Under the pieces are notes generated by a model. The model had not been told where the DNA came from, did no database searches, and saw only the letters and a program-made list of their open reading frames with translations. A stretch of DNA of 63,666 nt from Bacillota bacterium (GTDB taxonomy: Bacteria > Bacillota > Limnochordia > JAAZLZ01): assembly GCA_012521755.1 (NCBI GenBank), contig JAAYLV010000105.1, positions 1 through 63,666 on the forward strand. The letters are read 5' to 3'. Each line of letters begins with the position of its first letter. Position 1 is the stretch's first letter. The position numbers were made by a program, and so were the translations under genes. Of this stretch, positions 8,452 to 18,305 are shown in pieces.

Positions 8452-10446
8452 TCAGCTGCCGATGGCCCGCCGCGCGAGGGGCTCCTGCCGGGATCGTTTG
8501 CCTTTCAAGGACCCGGCCAGCAGGTGTCCCAACATTTCATCGACGCGGGAGGCCACCACCACTTCAATGCCCCGCAGGCCCGGGGGAACATCGGCTGCGT
8601 TTTCCGCGGGAATGATGACCTTTTTCAATCCTGCCTGGCGTGCACCGTAAATCTTCTCCTGGATTCCCCCCACGCCCTTCATCTTGCCCCTGATGGAGAT
8701 CTCCCCTGTGACGGCCGTATCCTGGCGGACCGGAATGCCTTCCACCGCGCTGATGATGGCCGCAACCAAGGCGGCTCCCGCAGAGGGGCCATCGATATGG
8801 GCGCCGCCGATGACGTTGATATGCATGTCGTAATCGGCCAGATCCCGACCTGTCAGGGACCGGACCAGGGATGCCGCGTTGAACACCGAGTCTTTGGTCA
8901 TGCTCCCGGCAGTCTCGTTGAAGCGGATGTTGCCTTTCCCTTCGCCTCTGGCGGGGAAAGCCACCGCCTCGATCTCCAGGACCATGCCCAAAAAGCCGCT
9001 GACCGCAAGGCCGAATACCTTGCCAATTTCCGGCTCATCGCTCCCCTTCACCTTGACGTAAGGGGACAGGCGACTGGAGCTGATTACTTCCCCGATCTCC
9101 TCCAGGCCAATAGTCCTTGTCTTGCCCTTGGACTTGAAGAGGACAAGGCCATAAGCGTCGGCCAAAAGTCCCGTCGCTTTGCGCCCTTCCACGGTGTACT
9201 GGGCGATGAGTTCGGCCACCCCGTCTTCCAGCTCGACCCCCAGCCGCTCCGCTGCTTCGCCGACGATCCGCTCGATATCCTTCGGCGTTAGGGGATCGAA
9301 GAAAATCTCCGCGCAGCGGGACCTGAGGGCCGGATTGATCTCTTCCGGCTGACAAGTTGTCGCCCCGATGAGGATGAAGTCGGCCGGCGCCCCCTTCTCG
9401 AATATGTGTTTAATGTACTTGGGCACCTGGGGATCATCGGGGTCGTAGTAGGCGGACTCAAAGCTTACCCGCTTATCCTCCAGCACTTTGAGCAGCTTGT
9501 TTTGCAGGATGAGATCCAGCTCTCCGATCTCGTCGATGAACAAGACTCCGCCATGGGCCTCCGTCACCAATCCAAGCTTGGGCTCCGGGATCCCCCCGTC
9601 GGCCATCTCCCGCCGGGCGCCTTGGTAGATAGGATCGTGCACCGACCCGAGGAGGGGATTGCTCACCTCCCGAGGATCCCAGCGCAAGGTCGCCCCGTCC
9701 ACCTCGATGAAGGGGGCATCCTCGGCGAAGGGCGTATGGGGGAGCCTCCTCGCATACTGGAGGGCAAGGCGGGCAACGGTCGTCTTGCCAACCCCAGGAG
9801 GCCCATACAAAATCACATGCTGGGGATAGGGGGAGGCCAACTTGGTCAAAAGGGCCTTGACGGCCCGCTCCTGCCCCACCACATCCTCCAGCCGCTGGGG
9901 ACGCAAAAGCTCCGACGCCGACCGGGAGAGCTGCCGCTGCTCTAATTTCTCCAGTTCCGCGTACTTCCTCAAGGTTTGGGCATTGTCCGGACTGTCTTCC
10001 TTGAGGATCTGGAGCTTAATTTCCTGGATGTACTCTTCATGGCGCTCCTGCATTTTCTCGCTGACCTTCCGCTCCAGCTTGTCCTCCACCGTCTTGCGGG
10101 CCAACAGGTCGGCGATTTCCTCTTCCACTTCGCTGAGGACGGAGGGGACCTCCTCCTCTGAGGGGACCACATCGATATTCGGGTCTTCAAAGACGAGGCG
10201 CTGCAGGGCCAAAACCCGCTCCCCCAGAGAGGATGAACGGATGAGACTCAGCGCCCCCAGCTTGCTGGCCTTAAGGACCAGCCGATCGGGTCCGTAAAGG
10301 CCCCCCAGCAAATTGAACAGGGCGCTCACTTGCCGCTGCAGCTGATCTTCCTCCGGCGATCTTTGCGGCGCCGCCGGTCGTTTTCTTCGTCCAAGTCTGC
10401 CAAATAACCCTTTCATCGATCGTATCCCCTTTTCCACCCACTCCAT
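8452..10446 (-). CDS. Lon-family ATP-dependent protease (the LonB-paralogous 'spore Lon-C' type) with a charged N-terminal region of about 190 aa
   Basis: Walker A 'GPPGVGKTT', Walker B 'VLFIDEIGE', Lon S16 protease 'IDGPSAGAALVAAIISA' plus the downstream Lys region 'GGIQEKIYGA'. Located between rplI and dnaB. Confidence 0.85.
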   Translation of the reverse strand: MEWVEKGIRSMKGLFGRLGRRKRPAAPQRSPEEDQLQRQVSALFNLLGGLYGPDRLVLKASKLGALSLIRSSSLGERVLALQRLVFEDPNIDVVPSEEEVPSVLSEVEEEIADLLARKTVEDKLERKVSEKMQERHEEYIQEIKLQILKEDSPDNAQTLRKYAELEKLEQRQLSRSASELLRPQRLEDVVGQERAVKALLTKLASPYPQHVILYGPPGVGKTTVARLALQYARRLPHTPFAEDAPFIEVDGATLRWDPREVSNPLLGSVHDPIYQGARREMADGGIPEPKLGLVTEAHGGVLFIDEIGELDLILQNKLLKVLEDKRVSFESAYYDPDDPQVPKYIKHIFEKGAPADFILIGATTCQPEEINPALRSRCAEIFFDPLTPKDIERIVGEAAERLGVELEDGVAELIAQYTVEGRKATGLLADAYGLVLFKSKGKTRTIGLEEIGEVISSSRLSPYVKVKGSDEPEIGKVFGLAVSGFLGMVLEIEAVAFPARGEGKGNIRFNETAGSMTKDSVFNAASLVRSLTGRDLADYDMHINVIGGAHIDGPSAGAALVAAIISAVEGIPVRQDTAVTGEISIRGKMKGVGGIQEKIYGARQAGLKKVIIPAENAADVPPGLRGIEVVVASRVDEMLGHLLAGSLKGKRSRQEPLARRAIGS

Positions 10447-10453
10447 GGATAGA

Positions 10454-10903
10454 TCACTTTGCCTCCTTGACCTCGACGGTGACGACGGCCGTCATGCCGG
10501 GATAAACCCTGATGGTAACCTGATGAGACCCAACGGTCTTGATGGGCTCGGCAAGCTCCACCTTCCGCTTGTCGATCTCCGTCTTGTACTGATCCTTGAT
10601 GGCCGCGGCAATATCCGCGGAGGTCACCGAGCCAAACAGCCGGCCCCCTTCACCACACTTGGCCAGGACCTCAACCTTTCCTCCATCTAACAGCTCAACT
10701 AGTTTAGCAGCCTCTTCGGCCTCCTTCTCCCGGCGCTGCTGTTCGGCGGCCTGCCTCGTTTTCACCTGACGCAGCCCGCCTTCCGTCGCCGGCACGGCCA
10801 AACCCCGGGGAATGAGATAGTTCCGGGCGTACCCATCGGCCACATTGACCACTTCACCGCTCACACCCAGGTTCTTTACATCCCGCACCAAGATAACCTG
10901 CAT
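10454..10903 (-). CDS. rplI: 50S ribosomal protein L9
   Basis: 'MQVILVRDVKNLG..GEVVNVADGYARNYLIPRGLA'. Confidence 0.95.
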   Translation of the reverse strand: MQVILVRDVKNLGVSGEVVNVADGYARNYLIPRGLAVPATEGGLRQVKTRQAAEQQRREKEAEEAAKLVELLDGGKVEVLAKCGEGGRLFGSVTSADIAAAIKDQYKTEIDKRKVELAEPIKTVGSHQVTIRVYPGMTAVVTVEVKEAK

Positions 10904-10923
10904 CGTCTCCCCTCCTAGATGCC

Positions 10924-11865
10924 CTAATTCAGCCCTTCCAGCTTGCGGATGTCAAGCCAGGTATCGATGACCCCCGTCCACACTACGAGGGTGCTCAGGG
11001 GCCACCGGGGCAGAAAGATCAAGACCAGGATGGCGACCCGCAAAAAACGGCTCAACCTGAATTCGTCGAAGAAAAACCAAAGGATGGCCAAGCCCTGGAC
11101 CATGAAGACATAAGTAAAAAAGAACTGGAGATTCGCGGCCACCGCAATCCAAAACCCTTCCGACGTGATCAAGGGCAGGCCAAGGCCCAGGATGTAGCCC
11201 CAAGCCAAATGCCAGGGAAACCGCCAGTAGCGAAAAGGCGGAAACCAAGCTATCTTGCTCCCTAACCGCCCTAGAATGGAGCGGGCCAGCCAATAGTTGA
11301 CAAAGGCGAGCAAGATGGCCGACAGCAAAAAGGTGACGGGCATGACCATCCGGGACAGGTTCATCAAGTTCTCCAGCATCGACACCGCCTCGCCCAGCTG
11401 CTCTTCCGACATGCCCATCCTGCTGTATAGGGCCGTCACTTGATCGATGGAGTGCCGGAAGGAATCCATCAATAAGTCGACGACGTTGACCTGAAAAAGG
11501 GTCTGGGAGAAGAACAAAAGCAAAGCATAGGCGGTCAGGGAGGCGGCAACGCCCAGGGCGAACACATTCTGGGGAGGCAGCTGCTCCCGCAAGGCGCCCC
11601 CAATGGAGATGCCAACGAGCCCCAAGACCAGCAGCAACACCACCATCGTCATGATGTCAATCAGCAGCCCCGCCAGGATGGCGGAAACGACCGTCACCAG
11701 GATCCCCAGGCGCAGGCCGTGGCGATAGACTAAGATGATCAAGGGAACCGGGACGATGAAGAAGATATAAGGGAAAACATAGGCTCCCAGGAACGATAAG
11801 ACGACGGTAATAGCTGCCAGCATCGCCCCTTCCGTGATGGAGCGGGTATCATATCGGCGCGGCAA
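10924..11865 (-). CDS. yybS: YybS/DUF2232 family polytopic membrane protein
   Basis: 313-aa multi-TM ORF in the conserved position between rpsR and rplI. The call rests on position and hydrophobicity rather than a sharp motif. Confidence 0.6.
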   Translation of the reverse strand: MPRRYDTRSITEGAMLAAITVVLSFLGAYVFPYIFFIVPVPLIILVYRHGLRLGILVTVVSAILAGLLIDIMTMVVLLLVLGLVGISIGGALREQLPPQNVFALGVAASLTAYALLLFFSQTLFQVNVVDLLMDSFRHSIDQVTALYSRMGMSEEQLGEAVSMLENLMNLSRMVMPVTFLLSAILLAFVNYWLARSILGRLGSKIAWFPPFRYWRFPWHLAWGYILGLGLPLITSEGFWIAVAANLQFFFTYVFMVQGLAILWFFFDEFRLSRFLRVAILVLIFLPRWPLSTLVVWTGVIDTWLDIRKLEGLN

Positions 11866-11871
11866 TGGGGT

Positions 11872-12264
11872 TCACCTCTTGTCGTTTTCCAAATAGTGAA
11901 GCAGCGCGGAAAAATCCCCGTACCACCGTTCGATCTCATGACCCTGCTCGATATTAGCCTTGATCTTGTTCTCCACCCTGGTCCCCAGCCTGGAGAAGGA
12001 ACAGCCAAGCCGTTTGGCCAGGATGTAGCTAATGAGGATCATGTTCGCCAAGGCATCGAGGATCCGATCCTCGCTGCTGCCGACGAGTGCTTTGAATAGA
12101 CTAGCGAGGCTGCCGACCAGTTCCGCCTTTAGCCATTCAATCGTCCTTAGATTGCGGGCGATGTCCAATTCCGGTTTGGACAATTCCCACCCTCTCCCCT
12201 CTAACAGTTGACCATCTCTACTTCCACGCAGCGCAAATCTTATCCTCCTTGACCACGACTGCAA
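11872..12264 (-). CDS. MazG-like family small protein (helical NTP-pyrophosphohydrolase-like fold)
   Basis: 130 aa. 'IEWLKAELVGSLASLFKAL...DALANMILISYILAKRLG..FSRL...VENKI...EIERWYGDFSALLHYLE' resembles the small MazG-like proteins I recall downstream of rpsR in Clostridia. Confidence 0.5.
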   Translation of the reverse strand: MQSWSRRIRFALRGSRDGQLLEGRGWELSKPELDIARNLRTIEWLKAELVGSLASLFKALVGSSEDRILDALANMILISYILAKRLGCSFSRLGTRVENKIKANIEQGHEIERWYGDFSALLHYLENDKR

Positions 12265-12301
12265 TTACTGCCACGGCAGCTGCGACTTTCAGACAAAGCT
12301 A

Positions 12302-12327
12302 GGAGGTAAACCCTGCGGCTTACCTCC
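12302..12327 (-). terminator. Hairpin between rpsR and the MazG-like gene (weak terminator or attenuator candidate)
   Basis: ggaggtaa (12302-12309) pairs with ttacctcc (12320-12327) around a 10-nt loop. The downstream minus-strand tract TAGCTTTGTCTG is only weakly U-rich. Confidence 0.3.
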
Positions 12328-12355
12328 CATGCCTGACCAACGTGACGTCTTGGGG

Positions 12356-12598
12356 CTACTCGACAGTGTAGGGCAGCAAAGCAACCTGCCTTGCCCGCTT
12401 GATCGCAGCGGTGAGCTGCCTTTGATGTCGGGCGCAGTTCCCCGAGATTCGCCGGGGTAGAATCTTGCCCCTTTCCGTTATGAAACGCCGCAGTCGGCCT
12501 GTGTCTTTGTAATCGACAGCGGCGATCTTATCGACGCAGAAAATACATACCTTTCTCCGGCGGCCGCGTTTTTTCGACCGTCTGTCTCGTACTGCCAA
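12356..12598 (-). CDS. rpsR: 30S ribosomal protein S18
   Basis: '[53 protein letters not shown]'. Confidence 0.95.
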   Translation of the reverse strand: MAVRDRRSKKRGRRRKVCIFCVDKIAAVDYKDTGRLRRFITERGKILPRRISGNCARHQRQLTAAIKRARQVALLPYTVE

Positions 12599-12621
12599 GT
12601 CCTTCCCTCCTCTACTGACCC

Positions 12622-13008
12622 CTAGAAGGGCAGGTCATCCTCCGTCCCCAAGGAAGCCCCTTCACCGGGGATTTCTGGGCTTGCGCTCTCGCGAGGCCAA
12701 TCCAAGAATTGCACCGTGTCGGCGACGACTTCCGCGGCTTGCCTCCTCGTCCCATCTTGGGCTTCGTAGGAGCGGATCTGCAAGCGGCCGTCAACGGCCA
12801 CCAGCCGCCCTTTCCCCAGGTTGTTGGCACAAGTCTCCGCTAGTTTGCGCCAAGTGACGATGTCGATGAAGTCGGTCTCCCGTTCGCCGTGTTGATTGGG
12901 GAAAGGCCGATCCACCGCTAGCCGGAAATTGGCTACAGCAACGCCCGATTGGGTGAAACGAAGCTGCGGATCCGCCACCAGCCGGCCTACCAACACAATC
13001 CTATTCAC
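12622..13008 (-). CDS. ssb: Single-stranded DNA-binding protein
   Basis: OB-fold start '[30 protein letters not shown]' and acidic tail '...DDLPF'. Confidence 0.95.
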   Translation of the reverse strand: MNRIVLVGRLVADPQLRFTQSGVAVANFRLAVDRPFPNQHGERETDFIDIVTWRKLAETCANNLGKGRLVAVDGRLQIRSYEAQDGTRRQAAEVVADTVQFLDWPRESASPEIPGEGASLGTEDDLPF

Positions 13009-13031
13009 TTTGAGCCGCCCTCCTTATTGGC

Positions 13032-13328
13032 TCATTTTTCGTCAAGTCGTACCAATAAGTGGCGAATGATCTCCTCGGTGAGTTTGACTACCCGTTCCAG
13101 CTCCTGGGCTGCCGCGCTTTCGGAGCGGAAGGTCATCACCACATAGTACCCCTCGGTGTTGCCCTGGATCTCATAGGCTAAACGACGTTTGCCCCATGGA
13201 TCCACTTTGGTAATCTCGCCGCCCCCATCCGTCACCACCTGCTGCAGCCTCTGCAGGAGAGCTTCCCGCTCTTCGTCTCCTTCCAGCTTCGGATCGAGGA
13301 CAAGCATAATCTCATAGGGTCGCACCAA
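13032..13328 (-). CDS. rpsF: 30S ribosomal protein S6
   Basis: 'RPYEIMLVLDP', 'WGKRRLAYEI'. Canonical rpsF-ssb-rpsR order. Confidence 0.95.
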   Translation of the reverse strand: MVRPYEIMLVLDPKLEGDEEREALLQRLQQVVTDGGGEITKVDPWGKRRLAYEIQGNTEGYYVVMTFRSESAAAQELERVVKLTEEIIRHLLVRLDEK

Positions 13329-13504
13329 AGGTCACACCTCCTCCCCATGGACATTAGGCCCCAGCCGTAAAGCTGGAGCAGGGCTGTAGGTCAATTATAT
13401 CATCGGGGCTAGTCCTTGGCAATAAAGCCGGGCGGACCAATCATCATTGAAAGGAAGTCACCCATCCAGCACATAATATATGTAGCAACTCGACTCTAAG
13501 GAGC

Positions 13505-14149
13505 GTGGCAGACATGATCGACCGGTTGATGGTCATCCTCATCCTGGCCGCCTTCGTCGTCGGCGCCCTGCTCTATCCCCAGCTGCCGGCCAAGGTCCCC
13601 TACCACTGGAACATCCGGGGGGAGGTGGACGGCTATGCCAATCCTTTCTGGGGTGCCTTCGGACTGCCGCTCCTTGCCCTGGGCGTCTACATCCTGATGG
13701 GGCTTTTGCCCCGCATCGACCCTAAGCGGGAAAACTACCCCCGCTTTCGGGGAGCTTACCGCCTCATCCGCTCTAGCATCATCTCGTTCCTGCTCTTGAT
13801 GCAGGCCCTCATCCTCATGGTCAGCGTGGGCCGCGAGGTGAATGTCTCCCTCATCATCCAACTCGGCGTGAGTCTCCTGTTCATCCTCCTGGGAACCACC
13901 ATGCCTAAGCTGGCCTTCAACTACTTCGTCGGGATCCGGACTCCCTGGACCTTGGCCGATGAGGAGGTCTGGCGAAAGACCCACGAACTTTCGGGAAAGC
14001 TTTGGATCGGGGCGGGCTTCGGCGGGCTCCTCAGCGCGCTCTTGCCGCCGCCAGCGAACTTCATCGGTTTCATGGCGTTCCTCATCGGGGCATCCCTGGC
14101 ATCTATCGTCTATTCCTATCTTGCTTATCGGGACCGGGTCAAGTCTTGA
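13505..14149 (+). CDS. DUF1648/SdpI-family membrane protein
   Basis: 214 aa, multi-TM. N-terminal 'LPAKVPYHWNIRGEVDGYAN' (DUF1648-like) and SdpI-like 'NYFVGIRTPWTL..EEVWRKTH'. Confidence 0.7.
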   Translation: MADMIDRLMVILILAAFVVGALLYPQLPAKVPYHWNIRGEVDGYANPFWGAFGLPLLALGVYILMGLLPRIDPKRENYPRFRGAYRLIRSSIISFLLLMQALILMVSVGREVNVSLIIQLGVSLLFILLGTTMPKLAFNYFVGIRTPWTLADEEVWRKTHELSGKLWIGAGFGGLLSALLPPPANFIGFMAFLIGASLASIVYSYLAYRDRVKS

Positions 14150-15218
14150 AGCGAAACAAGACCACATCCCCATCTTGAATCTGGTAGTCCCGCCCCTCAA
14201 GGCGCAGGATCCCTTTGCCCCTGGCGGCGGAGAAGGAGCCGAGCTCAATCAAGGCGGACCAGTTGATTACTTCCGCCCGGATGAAGCCTTTCTCCATGTC
14301 GCTGTGGATCCGGCCGGCCGCGGCGGGCGCCAGGGTCCCCCGCGGGATGGCCCAGGCGCGGGTTTCCGGCCCTTTCACCGTGTAAAAAGTGATCAAGTCC
14401 GATTCCTGATAGCCAGCTTCGACTAATTGCTCCAGGGCCGACCGGGCAAGGCCAAGCTCCTTTAGGAAAGCCCGCCCCTCATCCCAAGGCAGCTCCGCAA
14501 GCTCCGCCTCCAAAGTTGCGCAGATGGGAACGGCCCGGGCTCCACGGCTTGCGGCATACTCCTTGACGGCCCTGAACGCGGGGTCCTCCTCCGGGCGCGC
14601 CGCGTATTGTTCGGCGATGTTGGCCGCATAAATCACCGGCTTGCCCGTGAGCAAATCTGTTAGGTCAACCTCTCCCGCGAAGGTGCGGGCCGGCCGGCCT
14701 CCGTAGAGATGTTCGATGAGCTGGTCGGTCAGCTCCAGCTCCGCTTTATACTTCGGATCACCCGTTTTCAGCATGCGGGCAAGCCTCTCCCGCCGCCGCT
14801 CAAGGACGCCTATATCCGCGAGGATAAGCTCCGTCTCCACAATTTCCGCGTCCCTGGCCGGGTCTAAGTTTCCTTCAGGATGGCTCACATCGGCGATGGG
14901 AAAACAGCGAAGGACGTGGATGAGGGCATCCACATCCCTGATGTGGGCGAGGAACTGATTACCCATCCCCTCCCCTTTGCTCGCGCCCCGAACCAGCCCC
15001 GCGATGTCGACAAACCGCATCATCGCCGGGGTTACCTTCTCCGGCTCGATGACTTGCGCGATGGCTTCCAGGCGGGAATCAGGGATGGCCACCTCCCCCA
15101 GGTTGGGTTCGATGGTGCAAAAAGGATAGGGGGCAACGGCAGCAGTCCCCCGGGTGAGGGCATTAAACAAAGTCGATTTTCCCGCGTTGGGCAGGCCAAT
15201 GATTCCGTAGGCAAACAC
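14139..15218 (-). CDS. ychF: Redox-regulated ribosome-binding ATPase YchF
   Basis: P-loop 'GIIGLPNAGKSTLFNALT', and a C-terminal TGS-like region 'AWAIPRGT.APAAAG.IHSD...GFIRAEV'. Confidence 0.93.
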   Translation of the reverse strand: MFAYGIIGLPNAGKSTLFNALTRGTAAVAPYPFCTIEPNLGEVAIPDSRLEAIAQVIEPEKVTPAMMRFVDIAGLVRGASKGEGMGNQFLAHIRDVDALIHVLRCFPIADVSHPEGNLDPARDAEIVETELILADIGVLERRRERLARMLKTGDPKYKAELELTDQLIEHLYGGRPARTFAGEVDLTDLLTGKPVIYAANIAEQYAARPEEDPAFRAVKEYAASRGARAVPICATLEAELAELPWDEGRAFLKELGLARSALEQLVEAGYQESDLITFYTVKGPETRAWAIPRGTLAPAAAGRIHSDMEKGFIRAEVINWSALIELGSFSAARGKGILRLEGRDYQIQDGDVVLFRFKT

Positions 15219-15424
15219 TACTTATCGGCCCCTCCCTTGACGATGGCCTTTACCGCCTTGACGAACTTCGGCCGGGGCAGCATCACAACCCGCCCGCAGC
15301 CGAGGCACCTAATCCGAAAGTCGGCCCCCGTCCGCATGATTTCCCACTCAAGGCTTCCGCAAGGATGCTCCTTGCGCATCCGGACCACATCACCGACTTC
15401 ATAATCCATGCTCCATACCCCCAA
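15218..15424 (-). CDS. DUF951 family small protein (YyzM-like)
   Basis: 68 aa. 'VGDVVRMRKEHPCGS.EWEI.R.GADFRI.C..CGR' and adjacency to ychF, as in Bacillus. Confidence 0.75.
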   Translation of the reverse strand: MGVWSMDYEVGDVVRMRKEHPCGSLEWEIMRTGADFRIRCLGCGRVVMLPRPKFVKAVKAIVKGGADK

Positions 15425-15592
15425 GTTTGCCGTGCTGCCTGTGGGTTCGACGCCAGGCCCCGGATCCCCTTTCCCCCTAACATGCCCACCGCTGGGCTAA
15501 ATTCCTACAATTGCAACCTGTTTTTACGAGGAGTTTGACTGGAGGGCGACGAATGTACTGCGGAAAGACCAACAGAAAAGGAGTCATGCTGG

Positions 15593-16534
15593 ATGAAATC
15601 ATTGAAGGAAATGTACTCGGGCTTGCATCCTCACCGACGGGCCCTGGCGGCCTGTTTGATTTTGGGCCTGGCCGCCGGCCTGCTCGGAGGTCTGCAGGGC
15701 AGGGCATCTTCCCGCAGCGATGTAGTTGTGACAGTCAACGGCGAAGACATCACCAAGGATGCTTTCTATGCGCGGCTGGAGCGGGAAAGCGGCACTGCCG
15801 TCCTGGGCCAGATGATCATGGAGACGGTCATCAAGCAAGCTGGCCAACGCGAGGGACTGGCCCCGACCGAAGAGGAGATCGCCCAGAAATTCAGCGAGTT
15901 CAAGACGAAGAACTTCCCCAACGAGGAGGCCTGGCAAAATGCTTTAGCCCAATACGGGGTGGAGGAAGAGCAGCTCATTGAGGAGCTCTACCTGGTGACC
16001 ATCCTCGAGCGGCTCTCCATGAAGGATGTGGTGGTCACCGCGGAAGATGTGGAACAATACTTTGCGGAGAACAAGGATAAGCTGGGCCAGCCGGAACAGG
16101 TCCGGGCCAGCCACATCCTCGTCGATTCGGAAGAGGCCGCCCAACAGATCCTCCTAGACCTGGCAGGCGGCGCCGACTTCGCCGCACTAGCGGCGGAGAG
16201 GTCCATTGACCCGGGCACCAAGGATCGGGGCGGGGACCTGGGCTTTTTCACCAGGACCGACATGGTCCAGGAGTTCGCCGATGCCGCCTTCGCCTTGGAG
16301 CCGAATCAGCTGAGCCAAGTAGTCAAGTCCCCCTACGGGTACCACATCATTCTGGTCACCGACCGGAAAGAAGCGGTGGCTGCGGAGTTGGAAGACGTCC
16401 GCGAGCAGATCACCGAAACCTTGCGCCGCCAGCAGGCCAAGGACATCAATGAGCTGGTCAGGGAGCTTCTAAGTGAAGCCAAGGTTAAAGCCCACTGGGA
16501 ACAGTACCGGTCTGTGGAGCGAAACAACGACTAA
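15593..16534 (+). CDS. prsA: Peptidyl-prolyl cis-trans isomerase, PrsA/SurA-like (parvulin domain), membrane- or lipid-anchored
   Basis: N-terminal hydrophobic segment. Parvulin motifs 'VRASHILV' and 'SPYGYHIILV'. AAAGGAG 9 nt upstream of the ATG. Confidence 0.85.
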   Translation: MKSLKEMYSGLHPHRRALAACLILGLAAGLLGGLQGRASSRSDVVVTVNGEDITKDAFYARLERESGTAVLGQMIMETVIKQAGQREGLAPTEEEIAQKFSEFKTKNFPNEEAWQNALAQYGVEEEQLIEELYLVTILERLSMKDVVVTAEDVEQYFAENKDKLGQPEQVRASHILVDSEEAAQQILLDLAGGADFAALAAERSIDPGTKDRGGDLGFFTRTDMVQEFADAAFALEPNQLSQVVKSPYGYHIILVTDRKEAVAAELEDVREQITETLRRQQAKDINELVRELLSEAKVKAHWEQYRSVERNND

Positions 16535-17412
16535 TTCTTGGGGGGGCCGACCAGGCCCCCTCCCTGGTCCGCACTCCAAACAAGATAGCGGCGGGGATAC
16601 CCAAATTTGATCCCTGCTTTTTCGAGGGCCGCCATAACCATGCCCCGCAGTTCCCGTTCCATCCCCCACTGCTTCATGGCGGCAGCCTTCGCCCAGATGA
16701 GAAGCTCCACCCCCGACTCCCCGAGATTGCTGACTCCCAGGAGCCTCGGCCCTTCGACCAAGTCCGGGTGGGCAAATCCGGCGAAGAGATCCTCCAGGAC
16801 CGCTACCGTCCGTTCCAGGCTTTCCTCATAAGGTATGGTCACCCTAACCAGGACCCGCATCCCCTGTCCCATATGATTAGTCACTTTGTCGATGGACCCG
16901 TTGGGGATGATGTGCAGCTCGCCGCCAAGATCCCGCAGCTTCGTGACCCGCAGGCCAACCTCTTCCACGATGCCGCTGTGTTCGGCGGCCGTGATGTAAT
17001 CGCCAACGCCAAACTGATCCTCCAGGAGAATGAAAAACCCGGTGATGACATCCCTCACCAGATTCTGCGCCCCAAAGCCAATGGCAAGTCCGCCGAGCCC
17101 GGCAGTGGCTAAGATAGTTGATGTTTCAATGCCTAGCTCCTGCAGGATCATCGTCCCGGCAATGAAGTAGATAAGATACCGGAGCATGCTTTGCACCAAA
17201 GCCCCCAGGGTCTTCGCGCGGCGAGGATCCCCCGGCGTCCCGTCTTGGATGCGCAACAGCCGTTCGATGAGATTGCTGGCGAAGCGATGGACGAGGCGGG
17301 AGCCAAGCCAGATTAACGCGATGTTGGCCAAGGTGCGGAGGATGAGGAGGAGGGTCGGTGGGGAGATGAAATCCTCGATATCTGCCCAAGCAAGTTCAAA
17401 CCAGCCCGACAT
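16531..17412 (-). CDS. Mechanosensitive ion channel family protein (MscS-like)
   Basis: N-terminal TM helices followed by 'GDYITAAEHSGIVEEVGLRVTKLRDLGGELHIIPNGSI', typical of the MscS beta domain. Confidence 0.85.
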   Translation of the reverse strand: MSGWFELAWADIEDFISPPTLLLILRTLANIALIWLGSRLVHRFASNLIERLLRIQDGTPGDPRRAKTLGALVQSMLRYLIYFIAGTMILQELGIETSTILATAGLGGLAIGFGAQNLVRDVITGFFILLEDQFGVGDYITAAEHSGIVEEVGLRVTKLRDLGGELHIIPNGSIDKVTNHMGQGMRVLVRVTIPYEESLERTVAVLEDLFAGFAHPDLVEGPRLLGVSNLGESGVELLIWAKAAAMKQWGMERELRGMVMAALEKAGIKFGYPRRYLVWSADQGGGLVGPPKN

Positions 17413-17444
17413 AAATGATCACTCCATTTCTAGTATCTGTGTAA

Positions 17445-18305
17445 TCATTCTCCAGCCGACCTCCCTTCCCTTTCCCTTCCTGGAAAACGATTGCGAGGGT
17501 AGGAGCCCAGGATCTTCAGGCTTTCGCACTTTTCCCCTACTTTTGCCAAAGCTTCCCTGGTCGGCGAACAAAGCCGGTGCCCCTGGAGGTCGACAAAGAA
17601 GACATACTCGCCAAGATACCGCCTGGTCGGCCGGGATTCGATCTTGGTGAGGTTAATCCCCCGCCCGGCAAGCTCGCCTAAAATGTGACATAAGACTCCC
17701 GGCCCATCGGTCAGGGGGGTGAAAACGATGGAGGTGAGATCGTCCCCGGTGGGGGGCGCATCGTGACTGCCGATGACCAGAAAGCGGGTGTAGTTGTCCC
17801 GGCCGTCCTGGATTTGGCCGTCGAGGATTTCCAGCCCATAAAGGTCCGCGAGGACCCGGGGCCCGACCGCGACGGCCCGTCCCTGAAAGCCCGGGAGGGT
17901 GCAGGCGGCCTTGGCCGTGCTTTCCACCGGGAGGAGGCGACAGTGGGGATAGCGGCGGCCCAGGTATTCTTGGCACTGGGCTAAGGCTTGGGAGTGGGAG
18001 ATGATGAGCTCAACGGGCCCCCCTTTGCCCGGCAGTCCCAAAAGGTAATGCTCAATGGGGATGACTACTTCCCCCTGAACCTGAACAGCCCTGCTCCTGG
18101 CAAGATAATCCATAGTCTGGACAACCGATCCCTCCAGGGAGTTTTCAACAGGCACCACCCCCGCCTGGATCTGACCACCTTCCAGGGCGGCAAAGACCGC
18201 GGGGATGGTGGGATAGGGGCAGAGGCGGCCAGGCTCATCCCCCACGACCCGCAAGGCCGCCTCGTGGCTGAAGGTCCCCGGAGGGCCAAGATAGCCAACC
18301 TTCAC
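17445..18305 (-). CDS. pheA: Prephenate dehydratase (PDT plus ACT domains)
   Basis: 'VGYLGPPGTFSHEAA', 'NYTRFLVIG', 'INLTKIESRP'. Confidence 0.92.
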   Translation of the reverse strand: MKVGYLGPPGTFSHEAALRVVGDEPGRLCPYPTIPAVFAALEGGQIQAGVVPVENSLEGSVVQTMDYLARSRAVQVQGEVVIPIEHYLLGLPGKGGPVELIISHSQALAQCQEYLGRRYPHCRLLPVESTAKAACTLPGFQGRAVAVGPRVLADLYGLEILDGQIQDGRDNYTRFLVIGSHDAPPTGDDLTSIVFTPLTDGPGVLCHILGELAGRGINLTKIESRPTRRYLGEYVFFVDLQGHRLCSPTREALAKVGEKCESLKILGSYPRNRFPGREREGRSAGE

